Shown here: positions 62,156-64,000 of the stretch, piece after piece
How positions within the stretch are numbered: position 1 is the stretch's first letter
How the letters are laid out: every line of letters starts with the position of its first letter
IMG/VR virus record: IMGVR_UViG_3300007734_000761
Coordinates: 96,001 to 160,000 of that record
Source of the DNA: a virus
Reading direction: 5' to 3' (one strand)
DNA: 64,000 nt
Notes under the pieces: model-generated
Seen by the model: only the letters and a program-made list of their open reading frames with translations
The model's database searches: none
What the model was told of the DNA's origin: nothing
Position numbers and translations under genes: made by a program

Positions 62156-63294
62156 GGGAATATAGTTTGAGAAACTTTAAACTTCATATCACTATCATCT
62201 TTTATATAAGTACTTCCATCAATATTTACTTTAATTTGTATTGTGTAAAATCTTTCTGGTTCTAGTGTACTCATATCTACGTTAAAATATGAACCAGTTC
62301 CATTAGCACTTATTAATGTACCTGGGTCATTGAAAGGTATTATAGTTTCGTTAGTATCTACGTCAATAATTTGATAAAAACTTTGTGAAGGTAAAGTCTT
62401 ATTAAATTCATATAGTGAAGAAGTTACAAACTGTCTTTGAGGATATTTGTCTCTTGATGCTACTGTAAATCTAACGTTACTTTCAGCATAATAAATTCCA
62501 TCATTATTTCCAATAGATACGTCAAAAACTTGATTTGTTTGAAGTTTAGTTATATCAGGATTAAAGACTTGATTTTTCCAATAAAAGAATAAAGAAGGAG
62601 GATAAATAGTATTTGTATCTCTACTAAAATAATCTAAAATATATTGATAATTCGGATTATTTTCTACAGATTCACTAACTCTTAAAATAAAACCATTATT
62701 AGGTATTAAAGAAGATGACCATTGATTTATAATAGAAGTTACATTTATATATAAATCTTGTGGAGTATATTGCGATATTGTTGTAGTTGCATAACTACTA
62801 GTATACCAAGCTCCTCCTCCTACTGATCCTGATAGATATGATCCTGTTATAGGTACTCCTGTTACATATCCACTTAAAGCATAATCATTTACATAATAAA
62901 GTGAAGAAGTATTATTTATTATCCAAAAACTACCAGTTTTAGGTCCTAACCAACTAGCTCCATTTACTGTAGTAGGTGAATTTGCTAATCGACCTGTTCC
63001 TTGATCCCATTCTTGAGAAACTGGATTAACTACTATTGGAACTACTGTAGGTAAACTTTCTACTTGTGAGGCATATATTCTTAAATAAGCTTCCCAACTA
63101 CCTGATGATGTTGATGTTTCACTAATCTTACTTAAAGTATTCATTATTTCAGTTTGATCAAACTGAATAAGTATTCTAGAAGCATTATATGGGTCAGGTT
63201 TAGTAAATTCTAATATAGGATCTAAACCAGTATTAGTTTCTGGGTATAGTGAATATAATGTTGCGTCTTTAGAAGGAAATAATTGAGAAAACAT
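62152..63294 (-). CDS. Virion protein with a DNRLRE-like domain
   Basis: KDATLY....NTG.D.ILE, SRILIQFD, W..G.G, N.GFIL and FSRDTNTIYPP.L motifs. Confidence 0.6.
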   Translation of the reverse strand: MFSQLFPSKDATLYSLYPETNTGLDPILEFTKPDPYNASRILIQFDQTEIMNTLSKISETSTSSGSWEAYLRIYASQVESLPTVVPIVVNPVSQEWDQGTGRLANSPTTVNGASWLGPKTGSFWIINNTSSLYYVNDYALSGYVTGVPITGSYLSGSVGGGAWYTSSYATTTISQYTPQDLYINVTSIINQWSSSLIPNNGFILRVSESVENNPNYQYILDYFSRDTNTIYPPSLFFYWKNQVFNPDITKLQTNQVFDVSIGNNDGIYYAESNVRFTVASRDKYPQRQFVTSSLYEFNKTLPSQSFYQIIDVDTNETIIPFNDPGTLISANGTGSYFNVDMSTLEPERFYTIQIKVNIDGSTYIKDDSDMKFKVSQTIFP

Positions 63295-63299
63295 ATATT

Positions 63300-63307
63300 A
63301 TAAATAT
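63300..63307 (-). promoter_or_regulatory. ATATTTAT putative late promoter
   Basis: 5 nt before the ATG at 63294. Confidence 0.6.
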
Positions 63308-63999
63308 TAAGCCCCAACAACTCGTCCTAAAATATCACTATCGGGGTATCTAATTTCAAAAATCATAGGATCTAAACTAGGGTAAATAATACCTCCTAAA
63401 GTAGCTCCTTGTAAATCATATGTATAAGGACTATAAATTCCACCAGCTTTATTAGTAAATTCTATATTTTTTACAGCAGCTACACCATTTACATTAGCGC
63501 AACTAATACAGTTTTCTACCTGACTTAGTATAATAGGTTGATTTATAGACCATTTATTTGTATCAAAAAATACTTTTAAAGCTTCAATACAACCAATTAA
63601 AACTTGTTGTGCATTAAAACCTTGTAATACTTGTATTTCAAAATTAATTCCTACATTAACATAAAAAGCATCTTTAATTGTAACAGCATCTGTTAACATT
63701 TTATATTGACTCAAATATGTTTTTAAATTTTGTTTTACTGCCAAATTAGCTGTGGTTAATTTACCATCTGTATTTGTACTTAAAACATAAGCACTTAAAG
63801 CTAATGGATTCATATTAACTAAGCTTTGAGTGTTATCTCTATCAGCATTTAAATTTAAATCTTGAACAACATATGCTTTACTTATGTAACCAAATTCACT
63901 AGGCATACTAAGAATTCTTACTAAATAATCGCTTTTAGTAACATTTCTTAATTGAGTAGGAAAATTAGCTAAAGCATTTAATCTTATTTCTTCAACTGA
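63307..63999 (-). CDS. Baseplate wedge protein (T4 gp6-like), C-terminal part; the frame stays open to the window edge
   Basis: Upstream of the tracked Met the frame reads ...RNVTKSDYLVRILSMPSEFG (R.VT..DY motif); ends YPSLDP.IFEIRYP..DI.GRV. Confidence 0.8.
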   Translation of the reverse strand, partial: SVEEIRLNALANFPTQLRNVTKSDYLVRILSMPSEFGYISKAYVVQDLNLNADRDNTQSLVNMNPLALSAYVLSTNTDGKLTTANLAVKQNLKTYLSQYKMLTDAVTIKDAFYVNVGINFEIQVLQGFNAQQVLIGCIEALKVFFDTNKWSINQPIILSQVENCISCANVNGVAAVKNIEFTNKAGGIYSPYTYDLQGATLGGIIYPSLDPMIFEIRYPDSDILGRVVGA

Positions 64000-64000
64000 G

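Noticed and set aside
1-64000. Stop-codon reassignment, as in some large phages
   Set aside because: Terminase, portal, capsid and primase are full length under code 11 and coding density is high.
1-64000. tRNA or rRNA genes
   Set aside because: Intergenic gaps are very short and none shows a cloverleaf or T-loop signature by eye.

Overview
A 64-kb, AT-rich segment of a large T4-like myophage, probably a jumbo phage. All genes lie on the minus strand and read under the standard code. In transcription order (right to left) it holds: baseplate/tail genes; a GIY-YIG protein, primase and exonuclease; a ~13-kb array of small and modular proteins, many starting with a shared MIKLxxIL.E tag and split by L-x-E linkers; terminase, portal, prohead protease, scaffold, major capsid protein and PhoH; neck genes; a 3464-aa (G-S/T-S)n giant, a collagen fibre with an S74 chaperone and a LamG protein; a modification cassette; and the start of the tail sheath. 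The cassette encodes a 2OG-Fe(II) hydroxylase, a GH130-like propeller, three methyltransferases and a GT4 domain fused to a TibC/Aah-like protein O-heptosyltransferase. Two candidate undescribed systems stand out. (1) A phage-encoded system that may O-glycosylate, hydroxylate and methylate micron-scale Ser/Thr-Gly and collagen virion fibres. (2) A capsid-cargo system of tagged polyproteins that the prohead protease may cut into separate effector domains. Two promoter classes (ATATTTAT; TTGGww-N17-TATAAT) and a structured leader before the scaffold/capsid operon are also visible. All family assignments come from motif recognition by eye, not database searches.
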